Positions 1 to 9,892 of a stretch of 40,056 nt of DNA are shown piece after piece. The stretch's first letter is position 1, and each line of letters begins with the position of its first letter. Source of the DNA: an uncultured bacterium (GTDB taxonomy: Bacteria > JAJVIF01 > JAPKYR01); the NCBI GenBank assembly GCA_965369865.1, contig CBDURU010000020.1, positions 1 to 40,056 of the forward strand, written 5' to 3'. Position numbers and translations under genes: made by a program. Under the pieces are notes generated by a model, which worked only from the letters and a program-made list of their open reading frames with translations, was not told the DNA's origin and made no database searches.

Positions 1-77
1 ATTTCACGAAAGGAATTTAGAGATTTCACGAAAGGAATTTGGAAATTTCACGAAAGGAATTTAGAAATTTCACGAAA
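1..77. repeat. 22-bp tandem repeat (ATTTCACGAAAGGAATTTRGAR), about 3.5 copies, may be cut by the window edge
   Basis: Units start at 1, 23, 45 and 67, adjacent with no spacers. Confidence 0.9.
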
Positions 78-104
78 CAATATATTTTGAATAATCAACA
101 ATGT

Positions 105-128
105 GTAGGGGCGCTGCTTGCTGCAGCC
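105..128 (+). repeat. GTAG-type REP-like palindrome (degenerate)
   Basis: GTAGGGGCGCTGCTTGCTGCAGCC closely resembles the reverse complement of the copies at 39954-39978 and 40011-40035 (GTAGGGGCGTCGCTTGCTGCGCCCC). Confidence 0.65.
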
Positions 129-140
129 AGGTAGATATTT

Positions 141-1292
141 TCACTTCTTCCACCACAATACATCCGTGTCAATAAGCTCCATCACTTCGCTTTCAAGTTC
201 GTCGATCTCATCCTCCGGCATTCCGAGGAAACTTCTTGTCCATACGACATTCTGGATTACCTCCATAAGCGACTTCATCCCGATTATCGCTGTCGAGACA
301 GGTAATGAAAGAGTGTAATGGAAGCATTTCTGGAGATCCACATCAGCCTCAACCAGATGGCCCTCGGCGAAAACTTTCATAGCGACCACGCTCAGCCCTT
401 TCGCGACACATGCTGGCAGAACCTCCTCGACAAAGGGCACATGATAGCGATCGGTGATCCCAAGCGGGATGAGAACCGAGTCGAACGGGTATTCCTCGAT
501 CGCCTCCAGGATCATTCCCGGATCCTGGTGCCCGGATATCCCGATATGGCGCACGCGTCCGGATTCTTTCGCCTGTTCGATTGCCTTGAGTGAACCGTCG
601 CGAGCGGTGACCTGCCGCCACGTGTCGATATCGTTAACCGCATGAACCTGGAGGAGGTCGATATATTCGGTTCGCAATCGCGCAAAACTTCCCTCGATTT
701 CCTCTACAGCTTGATTGTAGCCGCGACTCAGGGTTTTGGTCGCGAGGAATACCTCACCCCTGCTTCCTTCAGCCTCCAGGGCTTCCATCAGTAGGCCGTA
801 CCGCCGTTCGGATTCCCCATCGCCATATTGAGAAGCGGTATCGAAATAATTTACACCAAGGGCGTGCGCGGCTTTTAATATTCCAAATCCTTCCGCCAGA
901 GTCCCCCTGTTAGTGTACCCACCCCCCATGCCAAGGATGCTCGCGTTGAAACCCATCGAGCCGAGTTGGCGGCCCGGAAGCGGTTCGGTTTCGTCGTCAC
1001 CTGGGGATTTCCATTGCACGAATGCTTTTACGATACCCGCGACCGTCGCGGCTCCGCCGGCAATCCGCAGTGTCTTTTTTAAAATCGTGTATTTTTTCCG
1101 GGGAGGGGCAGGGAGCCTGTCGATTGTCCGGTTGCGATTTGAATATCTTAAAAACCCGATGAACCCGAGAGCCATCAGGAGAAATTCGGAAGCGTGTTTG
1201 AGGATGAAACTAATCGTGTCGGGTGAAACCAGGTTACGGAGGTCGATCTGGCCTGCAATCCATCCGATCAGGTCGCTGAGTTTATCGAGCAT
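141..1292 (-). CDS. Aldo/keto reductase with N-terminal hydrophobic extension
   Basis: AKR motifs LGMGG, GVNYFDTASQYG (catalytic D/Y), FLATK (K), IDLLQVH (H), GRVRHIGISGH, VAMKVF. Confidence 0.88.
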   Translation of the reverse strand: MLDKLSDLIGWIAGQIDLRNLVSPDTISFILKHASEFLLMALGFIGFLRYSNRNRTIDRLPAPPRKKYTILKKTLRIAGGAATVAGIVKAFVQWKSPGDDETEPLPGRQLGSMGFNASILGMGGGYTNRGTLAEGFGILKAAHALGVNYFDTASQYGDGESERRYGLLMEALEAEGSRGEVFLATKTLSRGYNQAVEEIEGSFARLRTEYIDLLQVHAVNDIDTWRQVTARDGSLKAIEQAKESGRVRHIGISGHQDPGMILEAIEEYPFDSVLIPLGITDRYHVPFVEEVLPACVAKGLSVVAMKVFAEGHLVEADVDLQKCFHYTLSLPVSTAIIGMKSLMEVIQNVVWTRSFLGMPEDEIDELESEVMELIDTDVLWWKK

Positions 1293-1450
1293 TTCAACAG
1301 CCTCTCAAGTCAGGACAAATTGTACCATGCCAAACCTGGATACAATGATGCCGGATTTCAGTTATGGTTTTATTGACGCCACAATTCTTTAATGTTAATG
1401 TTTATTTGATGAGGCGGATATAGGTAAAACCTGAAATCTGGAGAGGTAAG

Positions 1451-4400
1451 ATGAATCGCGGACACTTAGTCATTGTGCTGGGGATGGTGTTACTTTTACT
1501 TCTGTCCTGTTCTACTAAAAAATCAAACGTGGTAACACCTGCTGCCGGGCCATCTGGGGATTTAAGTGCCGCTGTGGATCAGGTTCCCGGTAACTCCAAC
1601 AAACATCTCATGGGAGTTTATGAGGTTATCATCGATCCCGGCTCGATGACAGCGGATGTGGTGCCGCTCAGGGGTGTGGATTTTACATTGAACGTAACAC
1701 CGTTCTTCGATATCCCGCCGATGAACATCAATATCACTATTCCAAGTTTCAACGATACCCCTTCATACCTCGATGTCTATGTGGATTTTGAGTTAACTCA
1801 TCCACTTCCCGGCCTGACGCAATACACGTTATTCGATGTGATGCTTGTTTTCCTGGGTGATGGTTCTGAAACCTTCCCCGGGGCCAACCAGTTGAAAATT
1901 GCCGGAGATAACGACCAGCAGGTATTTAACGAGGATGGTTACACGCGATGGTTCAATGCGATGGAATTTAAAGCTCCGGGGGCACCCATACTTGCGTATG
2001 ATCCCTCGATACTGGGTATTCCCGGATATACTCCCACGGCTGAATTGAATCCATACAAGTATTTCACGACCGGGCTCAGTATGGTCGGGAATGCATTTGA
2101 TTACGTGGCAAACCACCCACAGACACGCGGTTATTTTTCCGTTACATCGGAGAACCATAGAATTATGGAAATCAGGTTTCCAAAATCGAAACCCCTGGTA
2201 TTCCAGTTGATGGTAATAGCGAATTGGGAAGAGCCGTACGGTTCCGGGGAACCGTATTCTTTAGGTACGTTCCCCAATGCGGCGAATTCCCAGGAAGCCC
2301 TGTTAATCGATGTTACGGACAACAGCAATTTGTTTTATACAGGCAATGCATACGGTGGGTCTGTAAAACTGGATATAAGCCCGCTGGACTGGTCCGCTGA
2401 CACTACCGGTGAGATGGATGAATATTTGATAAGAGTATTCTCCGATGCATGGATCGGTGCAAACGATGTGGATATGACTCCAGTGGACAGCGGGAATAAC
2501 TACTACACTTTCCGAACCGGTATCCCGGTTGAGACATTGACCTCGACAGATCCTTTGGATATTTGGATCCGGGTAATCTATCAGTCACATGATTATAAAA
2601 ACGATTTCGGTGTGTCGAATTCCGCAAATGGTTATTTAACGAGCTTTTTCAAGACCGAGGTTCCTGTTTCCAATAACGCTTCGGGGGCGATAACCGTCAT
2701 CAGCCCGAATGGCGGCGAGAAGTTCATGGTTGGGGAAGATTATAATATTCTATGGGAGTCACTTATTTACTCCACGGGCACAGTAACCCTTGAGTACTCG
2801 AAGAATAATTTTACTACCCCGATCCTTATCGAATCCGGAGTACCGAATACCGGGTCCTATCTCTGGCAGAATATCCCCGATAATCCGACGACAAACGCGA
2901 AGGTAAGGGTAAAATACGATCCGGCACCATCCATTCGCGACAAATCGGACAATGTTTTCAGCATAGAACAGCCATATATGACATTGGTCAGTCCCAACGG
3001 TGGGGAAATATGGTTCTTCGACAGCAGCCATGATATCAAGTGGGATACGAACCTCACCGGTGGGTCGGTTACACTGGAATATTCAAAAGATGGTTTCGCT
3101 ACACCAATAATGATAGTCAGTGGAACCGCAAACGACGGAGTATACCTGTGGGATTCGATCCCGGGCGATCCATCGTCAACTGTAAGGGTGCGGGTGACCT
3201 ATGACCAGGATAATGCATTCAATGATATGTCCGATGCCGATTTCACCATCATGGACTCGGCGTTTGATATCACGAGTCCTGTTGGAGGGGAACTATGGTT
3301 CAGCACTTATGATTATGAAATCACGTGGACGACAACAATGCCGCCTGGCGACAATGTAAGGCTTGAGTACTACCTGGATGATGATCCGGATACGATGTAT
3401 CCAATAATAGCCATTACTCTGAATGACGGAAGCTACTGGTGGTCCAACCTGCCTCAAGTGGACGCTTCGAATGTCAGGGTCAGGATCACCTGGTTACCCG
3501 ACGAATTTTTCTACGGTGAATCACCCGGCGTATTTACTATAGCGTCACCGGAAATCAATATAATCAGCCCGAATGGCGGGGAAATTCTGCCAATCGGCGG
3601 GGATCATACTATTCAATGGAGTACAGCAATTAACGCCGGGACAGTTGATATCCAATACTCCAAGGATGATTTTGGTGCGGATGTAAATACGATCGTACTT
3701 GGCCATGACATCAATACCGATTACCTATGGCAGAATATTCCCGATGACACAACAGACACCGCAAAGGTCAAGGTGGTTTATGTCCCGAATCCCGCTATAG
3801 AGGATGTGTCCGATGGTTATTTCAGCATTTGCTACGGAACCCCCCAGAACATTACGGGATTTTCAGCCACGGATGGAAGTCCGGCACTTGGCCAGCGTAA
3901 AGTCGAGCTGACCTGGGATCCTGTTCCCTGCCATACTGACTCCAGCCTTCAGATCAGAATTCAACGCAGGACTTATGTCTGGAATCCCCCTTTTCAGGAT
4001 CCCGGTACATGGTCCTGGCAAAATGTAGCAACGCGGCCGATTACCGAGACGGAATGGACCGATAATAACGCCCGGCATAGCGGAACCGCAAACACGATTA
4101 ATTACCGGGCAAGGCTGGATAATGGGTCGGGCAACACGTCACCGTCGTGGGCGACCGATACCGGCTATCCGAAGTTGCGGAATATCGGGCTGGCCATGTG
4201 GTGCTGGTCGTCAAATGGCAGCTCATCGGGTGCTCTCTATCCATGGTCGAGAGGACAGAACAATGCCAACTGGTGCAATGATTTCTGGAACGATTATGGT
4301 GTTAATTTCGTGCTTGAAAATTCCGGTGACTGGTTCTATTTCTCAAATCCGAATTGGAAAATCATTACCGGAAGTGAGTCGGACGCAATGCATGAGGCTC

Positions 4401-4909
4401 TTGGACAGACTAGTTACAGTGACTGCATTAATGTCTACTATTTTGAATGGTTTACCGGGTCCGGTCCTCAGGGGGCATGGTGCAGGTTACCGTGCAATCC
4501 CAATATTCACAATACTACGAATGTTTACATTGGTATATGGGGACCGGCTTACAATCCAGCGATACAATCTATTCTGGCGCACGAGAACGGCCATGCTGTT
4601 GGACGTTTTTTCGATGAATATCTTGTAGACGCTAACGGTAATGTCATTATCGAATCCTGGGAATCATGCTCATCAGCGTTCAGTGTCGATTTCTGTTACC
4701 TCAATGGTTGGTCTCAGGATAACTGGTACCTGTTTTGCGATGAAGATGCGTGTTACCCGGAAAATCCCAATGCAGGGAGCAAGACACCGAAAAACCTGAT
4801 GTGGTATTCATGGCAAACTGTGGTCGGGCAGTATGACATTATCGATTCGCAATATAACTGGCTCGACGCGTGGCTTTCAACACATTCAAGTCATTACCCA
4901 ATCCCGTAA
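1451..4909 (+). CDS. Large lipoprotein with four Ig-like 'SPNGGE' repeats and a C-terminal zinc metallopeptidase domain
   Basis: Lipobox LLLLSC. Four ~96-aa repeats (SPNGGE..W..I.W....G.V.LEYS) start near 2687, 2978, 3263 and 3554. HENGHAVGRFFDEY zinc motif from 4580 and Met-turn-like NLMWYS near 4793. GGAGAGG RBS. Confidence 0.8.
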   Translation: MNRGHLVIVLGMVLLLLLSCSTKKSNVVTPAAGPSGDLSAAVDQVPGNSNKHLMGVYEVIIDPGSMTADVVPLRGVDFTLNVTPFFDIPPMNINITIPSFNDTPSYLDVYVDFELTHPLPGLTQYTLFDVMLVFLGDGSETFPGANQLKIAGDNDQQVFNEDGYTRWFNAMEFKAPGAPILAYDPSILGIPGYTPTAELNPYKYFTTGLSMVGNAFDYVANHPQTRGYFSVTSENHRIMEIRFPKSKPLVFQLMVIANWEEPYGSGEPYSLGTFPNAANSQEALLIDVTDNSNLFYTGNAYGGSVKLDISPLDWSADTTGEMDEYLIRVFSDAWIGANDVDMTPVDSGNNYYTFRTGIPVETLTSTDPLDIWIRVIYQSHDYKNDFGVSNSANGYLTSFFKTEVPVSNNASGAITVISPNGGEKFMVGEDYNILWESLIYSTGTVTLEYSKNNFTTPILIESGVPNTGSYLWQNIPDNPTTNAKVRVKYDPAPSIRDKSDNVFSIEQPYMTLVSPNGGEIWFFDSSHDIKWDTNLTGGSVTLEYSKDGFATPIMIVSGTANDGVYLWDSIPGDPSSTVRVRVTYDQDNAFNDMSDADFTIMDSAFDITSPVGGELWFSTYDYEITWTTTMPPGDNVRLEYYLDDDPDTMYPIIAITLNDGSYWWSNLPQVDASNVRVRITWLPDEFFYGESPGVFTIASPEINIISPNGGEILPIGGDHTIQWSTAINAGTVDIQYSKDDFGADVNTIVLGHDINTDYLWQNIPDDTTDTAKVKVVYVPNPAIEDVSDGYFSICYGTPQNITGFSATDGSPALGQRKVELTWDPVPCHTDSSLQIRIQRRTYVWNPPFQDPGTWSWQNVATRPITETEWTDNNARHSGTANTINYRARLDNGSGNTSPSWATDTGYPKLRNIGLAMWCWSSNGSSSGALYPWSRGQNNANWCNDFWNDYGVNFVLENSGDWFYFSNPNWKIITGSESDAMHEALGQTSYSDCINVYYFEWFTGSGPQGAWCRLPCNPNIHNTTNVYIGIWGPAYNPAIQSILAHENGHAVGRFFDEYLVDANGNVIIESWESCSSAFSVDFCYLNGWSQDNWYLFCDEDACYPENPNAGSKTPKNLMWYSWQTVVGQYDIIDSQYNWLDAWLSTHSSHYPIP

Positions 4910-4948
4910 GGAAGGTGTACCGGTTTAATTTATTAAAGGAGAAAACAA

Positions 4949-5551
4949 ATGCGTAAAATATTATTCTTAACGGTTGCGATGGCAATTCTGATGGCGGCAG
5001 TCTCATCGAATGCTCTCGACCGGGAAACAATAGATAACCTGATATTCCTGCTCGGGCAGCCGGAACCGGTACACTGGTCGGAGATGGACATTGATGACGC
5101 AATACTCCTGGAAGGCTTTAATGAGATATACATCATGGCTGTCGGGGATGAAGACGACATGTTGCGGTTATCGGTAATCGCGGCGATGGGTGAAACCGGG
5201 CTGGTTGATTTCGCGGATGTCATTATTGAGGAACTCGAGGTCGATCCGCTTACCGCATGTTATGCGCTTGGGAAGATTGCGTCGGAGGACGGTGTGACTG
5301 CATTGATGGAATATCTCGATCACGAGGATATGTTCATCAGGGAAGCTTCGGTCTGGGCACTTGGAAAAGTACCGTATACCAGCTCGATGGAAGAAGCGAA
5401 AGAGGACGCGCTGGTTGCATTAAATAACCGGCTTGAGGAAGAGGGTGAAGACTGGATATTAGAACTTATCGATGCCGCAATCATCTACCTCGAAACCGGG
5501 GTGGTGACGAATCCGGCTTTCGAGAGCCGGGTGGACGGGTTGATATTGTAA
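4949..5551 (+). CDS. Secreted acidic HEAT/PBS-lyase-repeat protein
   Basis: Signal peptide (MRKILFLTVAMAILMAAVSSNA). HEAT-like repeats LRLSVIAAMGETG, ACYALGKIA, IREASVWALGKV. AAGGAG RBS. Confidence 0.75.
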   Translation: MRKILFLTVAMAILMAAVSSNALDRETIDNLIFLLGQPEPVHWSEMDIDDAILLEGFNEIYIMAVGDEDDMLRLSVIAAMGETGLVDFADVIIEELEVDPLTACYALGKIASEDGVTALMEYLDHEDMFIREASVWALGKVPYTSSMEEAKEDALVALNNRLEEEGEDWILELIDAAIIYLETGVVTNPAFESRVDGLIL

Positions 5552-5592
5552 GAGTCTCTAAACAAAATGAGTTTAGATTGAATTCATGGATA

Positions 5593-6105
5593 TCAATCAA
5601 ATTCTATGTCACTGTCCCCTTTTTCCTCCAGCTTGAAAATTCCGTTTCCCCGCGCGATCCTGTCGATCTCCTCCCAATTGGATTCGTATGATTCAGTTAT
5701 GACATAATGGTCGTTTGTCCAGTAACCGATTTCAATCCATGAGCCGGGTCCGCCGATTTCGTAAATTGATGCCGAATAGCTGTATTTTTCCTCGCTACCA
5801 TCCGGGTTGGGCCTTCGGACCGCGATCTCCCAGTTGTACCCGGAGCATTGTTTTGGATACATTCTGTATGCCGCCTGCATCAGGTTCGCCATGTCCTGAT
5901 CGGTCGGGGCGGCTTCGAAGTGATTGACCAGGACTGCCACACCACTCGATCGGATGGTCTCCCCGGTATCGAGGGCGACCTCCTCATCGTATGGGAAAAA
6001 CTCAACGGCCTGGTGCGCGCCGAAACCCTGGCTTCCGGACCAGAAAATGCCGAACACAGCGCCTGTCAGGAGAATAACCACGCTTGTAGTTATCAGAATT
6101 CGCAT
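5593..6105 (-). CDS. Hypothetical exported or membrane-anchored protein
   Basis: 170-aa ORF with an N-terminal hydrophobic segment; fills the gap between neighbouring genes. Confidence 0.65.
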   Translation of the reverse strand: MRILITTSVVILLTGAVFGIFWSGSQGFGAHQAVEFFPYDEEVALDTGETIRSSGVAVLVNHFEAAPTDQDMANLMQAAYRMYPKQCSGYNWEIAVRRPNPDGSEEKYSYSASIYEIGGPGSWIEIGYWTNDHYVITESYESNWEEIDRIARGNGIFKLEEKGDSDIEFD

Positions 6106-6253
6106 GTAACAGTAACCATCCGGTTGTTATCAATTCTACAAGAGAAATTAAAGATATCAAATATTTCCGAAATTTGCCAATTTGCAATGATAAAACCGAT
6201 TCTCTGATGGCTTACTTAATGATATAATCCCGCGCATACATGGGAGAGAAAAA

Positions 6254-6841
6254 ATGATAAACGAGATTATCGAATCGCGACGCTCTATCCGTAAATTTAA
6301 GACCGATCCCATCCCTGCGGACATCATTGAACGTATTATGGAATCAGCGATCTGGGCGCCATCCGCCATGAATCGCCAGGTATGGAAATTTTTCGTTCTT
6401 ACCGGTGAAATGCGCAATCGTCTCGCACTCCTTCACAACACCATACTCGAAGGTATGGAGGAGAAAATCAGGGAAACGTACGGGGATGAAGGCGTGGCAA
6501 TCAGGAGGAATCTCTACACAAATTTTGCCGGTGCTCCGGTAGCGGTGGTTTGCTTCACAGAGCTCCAGAATCCGGAAAATCCACACAGCGATATCGTTTC
6601 CGCGGCCCTGGCGTGCGAGAATCTCGTCCTGCAGGCACATTCGATGGGCGTTGGAGCTCTCACGATGACCTCGTCAAGGCATGTTAAAGAGGAAATATCA
6701 TTTCTGTGCGGGTTGGATTCCAAAAAAATGGAACTCGTGATGGTTATACTGCTCGGTTACGCGGATGAAGCCCCGGAACCATCCGCACGCCGTAAAAACA
6801 GAGTCATTTATGCATCGGAACCCGGCGATATAAAGAATTAG
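6254..6841 (+). CDS. Nitroreductase family protein
   Basis: IIESRRSIRKF, AIWAPSAMNRQVWKF, ENLVLQAHSMGVG, LLGYADE. Confidence 0.92.
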   Translation: MINEIIESRRSIRKFKTDPIPADIIERIMESAIWAPSAMNRQVWKFFVLTGEMRNRLALLHNTILEGMEEKIRETYGDEGVAIRRNLYTNFAGAPVAVVCFTELQNPENPHSDIVSAALACENLVLQAHSMGVGALTMTSSRHVKEEISFLCGLDSKKMELVMVILLGYADEAPEPSARRKNRVIYASEPGDIKN

Positions 6842-6898
6842 ATGGGGAATTAATCGTGCACATGATTGTTTTTATTCACCAGGATGTATAGTGAGTTG

Positions 6899-6974
6899 GT
6901 ATCGAGCCGCGGAGGTTACTGAGCTGTGTACTTTACCTTGATTAACCGCTCAGTAACCTTCGCGGTACCGATAC
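6899..6974. repeat. Long imperfect inverted repeat (REP doublet-like hairpin)
   Basis: Arms GTATCGAGCCGCGGAGGTTACTGAGC (6899-6924) and GCTCAGTAACCTTCGCGGTACCGATAC (6948-6974). Confidence 0.75.
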
Positions 6975-7182
6975 TTTCGCGGTAATCCAGGGTCCGCAGA
7001 GATTATTCCACATCATAGCCTGAAATCCTCTTTCATACCTCAGTTCATCTATGCTATATTACCTCCCGGATAATTTGCGGATTGGTTACCAACATTGTCC
7101 TGAATTTCACATATATTTTTTCCCGACCGATTCTGTCGAGCGTTGATTATACTAACTCTATGAAAAAACAAGGAGACTCTCC

Positions 7183-8385
7183 ATGTTTGAAAATGTAAAA
7201 AACCAGTTCCAGGAAGAACTCGACGCGATCAGGGCTGCCGGCACCTGGAAAGCCGAGAGAATCATTACGACTCCCCAATCGGCCGAGATCTATACAACCG
7301 AGGGTGATGAGACAACCAACTTCTGCGCCAACAATTATCTTGGCCTGTCAAGTCACCCGGAAGTTATAGCGGCAGCCAAAACCGCGCTCGATACTCACGG
7401 GTTCGGCATGAGCTCTGTGCGGTTCATCTGTGGCACACAGGACAACCACAAGGAACTCGAGCGAAAAATCAGCGAGTTCCTCGGTACCGAAGATGCCATT
7501 CTTTATTCCTCATGCTTCGATGCCAATACAGGTTTATTTGAGACTATTCTCACGAAAGAGGACGCGATTATATCCGACCAGCTCAACCATGCATCGGTGA
7601 TCGATGGGATCCGCCTGTGCAAGGCGATGCGGTATCGCTTCCTGAACTCTGACATGAAAGACCTCAGGGCGAAACTCGACGAAGCGAAGGCTGCCGGTGC
7701 CAGGAGAACTCTCATCTGCACGGACGGCGTGTTCTCGATGGACGGCTATATAGCCAAGCTCGATGAGATAGTCGAAATCGCGAAAGAATATGGCGTTATG
7801 ACTTTTGTAGATGACTCGCACGCTACCGGTTTCATGGGCAAGACCGGGAGGGGTTCCCATGAGTACCGTGGTGTAATGGGTGAGATCGACATCATCACCA
7901 CAACATTTGGAAAAGCGATGGGTGGAGCGTCAGGTGGTTGCACAGCCGCGCGTAAGGAGATTGTCGAAATCCTCCGCCAGAGGTCGCGACCATATTTGTT
8001 CTCTAATTCTCTCGCACCGCCAATTGTTGCCGCGACTATAAAAGTAATCGATCTGCTCTCAAGCACGACCGAGCGAAGGGATAAACTGGAAGCAAATACG
8101 AAGTACTTCCGTGCCGAGATGGGCAAGCTCGGATTCGACATGCTTGAGGGCGACCACGCGATCGTGCCGGTCATGCTTTATGATGCGGCACTCGCGACAA
8201 AATTCGCCGACGAGATGCTGAAGGAAGGAATTTACGTGATCGGGTTCAGCTATCCTGTCGTACCGAAAGACCAGGCGAGGATTCGTGTACAGATTTCAGC
8301 CGGACATGAGACGGATCATATTGATAAGGCTGTCGCTGCGTTTAAGACTGTCGGTGAGAGACTGGGAGTACTTACTCCGGCATAA
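7183..8385 (+). CDS. kbl: Glycine C-acetyltransferase (2-amino-3-ketobutyrate CoA ligase)
   Basis: [52 protein letters not shown] lysine in [32 protein letters not shown]. Confidence 0.95.
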   Translation: MFENVKNQFQEELDAIRAAGTWKAERIITTPQSAEIYTTEGDETTNFCANNYLGLSSHPEVIAAAKTALDTHGFGMSSVRFICGTQDNHKELERKISEFLGTEDAILYSSCFDANTGLFETILTKEDAIISDQLNHASVIDGIRLCKAMRYRFLNSDMKDLRAKLDEAKAAGARRTLICTDGVFSMDGYIAKLDEIVEIAKEYGVMTFVDDSHATGFMGKTGRGSHEYRGVMGEIDIITTTFGKAMGGASGGCTAARKEIVEILRQRSRPYLFSNSLAPPIVAATIKVIDLLSSTTERRDKLEANTKYFRAEMGKLGFDMLEGDHAIVPVMLYDAALATKFADEMLKEGIYVIGFSYPVVPKDQARIRVQISAGHETDHIDKAVAAFKTVGERLGVLTPA

Positions 8386-8425
8386 ATTGATTTTATATAC
8401 AACTGAATTTACAGTTTGGATTAAC

Positions 8426-8456
8426 AGGAACGGTCGCCAGGACCGTTCTTTTTTTT
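8426..8456 (+). terminator. Rho-independent terminator after kbl
   Basis: AGGAACGGTC-GCCAG-GACCGTTCTT followed by a T run. Confidence 0.85.
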
Positions 8457-8486
8457 GAAGGCGTTTGGGTCAATATATTGATGCAT

Positions 8487-8555
8487 TGGGGACACCTGCT
8501 TGCCAGGATGGCAAGAGGTGTCCCCATGATGTTTAATCTGGCAAGAGGTGTCCCC
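8487..8555. repeat. GGGGACAYC...GGTGTCCCC palindromic REP-like element with a partial second copy
   Basis: TGGGGACACCTGCTTGCCA-GGA-TGGCAAGAGGTGTCCCCA, then TGGCAAGAGGTGTCCCC again. Same family at about 19401-19444 and 31121-31207. Confidence 0.75.
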
Positions 8556-8655
8556 GTATTGCTAAAGCACCGCGTCTCCAGAATAGTGTATGCTCTTCTC
8601 GATTGGTATAATAAATAAAAATTAATTATCTGAATATTGAAATTTTTCCAGAGGG

Positions 8656-9048
8656 ATGAAAAAAATGCCGGAAGGAAAATTCGTTACAGCTATAAACTGC
8701 ATGGACGGGCGGGTACAGGAGCCGGTCATCCACTTTTTCAAAATTAAACACGGTGCGGATTTTGTGGACACTATCACCGAGCCCGGACCGATCAAACCCC
8801 TTGCCGAGGGCGATCCGGTCCTGACTGAGACGATAAAAAATAGAGTGACGATTTCAGTGACCCTGCATGATTCGAACCTGATAGCGGTAATTGGCCACGA
8901 TGACTGCGGGGGGAATCCGGTCATGAAGGAAGAGCAGCTTAAGCAGATCGATATCGCGATCGAGGTTGTGAAGTCGTGGGAATTAGGCGCGAAGGTGATT
9001 GGGTTGTACGTGAATAATAATTATCTCGTTGAGGTAGTGAGGGAATAA
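8656..9048 (+). CDS. Small beta-class carbonic anhydrase-like protein
   Basis: Zn-ligand pattern CMDGR ... HDDCGG in 130 aa. Confidence 0.75.
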   Translation: MKKMPEGKFVTAINCMDGRVQEPVIHFFKIKHGADFVDTITEPGPIKPLAEGDPVLTETIKNRVTISVTLHDSNLIAVIGHDDCGGNPVMKEEQLKQIDIAIEVVKSWELGAKVIGLYVNNNYLVEVVRE

Positions 9049-9069
9049 GAGTCGATATGTGATTTAACG

Positions 9070-9258
9070 TTACCCCTCCCTGACGGTCGCGGCTCTGATA
9101 CAATCGCTCCCTGACGGTCGCGGCTCTGATACAATCACCGCTCTGTTACAATTACCCCTCCCTGACGGTCGCGGCTCTGATACACCGCTCTGTTGCAGTC
9201 GCGGCTCTGATACAATTACCCCTCCCTGACGGTCGCGGCTCTGTTACGCGGCTCTGTT
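9070..9258. repeat. Cluster of CTCCCTGACGGTCGCGGCTCTG REP-like repeats
   Basis: Full cores at about 9076, 9107, 9158 and 9222 plus partial GGCTCTG(A/T)TAC units, between convergent genes. Same family at 25024-25312. Confidence 0.85.
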
Positions 9259-9892
9259 ATTCGCCTTCGACTTCCTCATCTCCAGGGGTTCCTGATGATT
9301 CGATGTCGTCGACCTCAGCTTCATCCATGCCTCCCATGATATCGAATGTTTCCTCTTCCTCCGTGATCGGAAGCGGCCATTCCTGGAGGGTTTCGGCGAA
9401 TACAATGCCACCGTTATCCGCGGAATATACTTTTATGTGCACATCGGGAGCGTCGCTCTCGATTGACGCGTACAGGAGCGAACCGGTGACAAGGAATTCC
9501 GCCAGTGAAACGGCATCCTCAGGCGAAATACCGTCCGCAAGGTTTAACCCCATCTCTATAAATTTATTGTCAAGGTAAGGTTGCGGGTATTCGAGGATCT
9601 CAACGCTGTCGAGAACGTGAAGCTGTGTGATGATTTCCTGGTAAACCTGCCGCTTAAGATCGGGTCCCGACCCGGAGTTATCGTCAACGCCGATAACGGT
9701 GATTGTGTCGGCAGACGAGTCATCGAGCCCGTCCTGCAGGTCATCGAAAAAATCACCGACCGGATCGGGTTCTCTTGGCGGTGGTGGAGGGTCCTGGCAG
9801 GATGAAAATGATACCAGGCACAGGATCGCGAGGAGTATGCCGCCTTGGACCATGAGAGCGAATATCGAATCTTTGAGCTTCACTGGTTTCAC
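9257..9892 (-). CDS. Putative lipoprotein, acidic, Pro-rich linker, unknown function
   Basis: Hydrophobic segment ending SFSSC, then QDPPPPP. GTG start overlaps the upstream stop by 4 bp. Confidence 0.7.
   Translation of the reverse strand: MKPVKLKDSIFALMVQGGILLAILCLVSFSSCQDPPPPPREPDPVGDFFDDLQDGLDDSSADTITVIGVDDNSGSGPDLKRQVYQEIITQLHVLDSVEILEYPQPYLDNKFIEMGLNLADGISPEDAVSLAEFLVTGSLLYASIESDAPDVHIKVYSADNGGIVFAETLQEWPLPITEEEETFDIMGGMDEAEVDDIESSGTPGDEEVEGE

Noticed and set aside
913..1392. 159-aa plus-strand ORF
   Set aside because: Mostly antisense to the aldo/keto reductase; no motif support.
6842..7182. Glycine riboswitch upstream of kbl
   Set aside because: No glycine aptamer consensus seen; the only strong structure is the REP-like inverted repeat.
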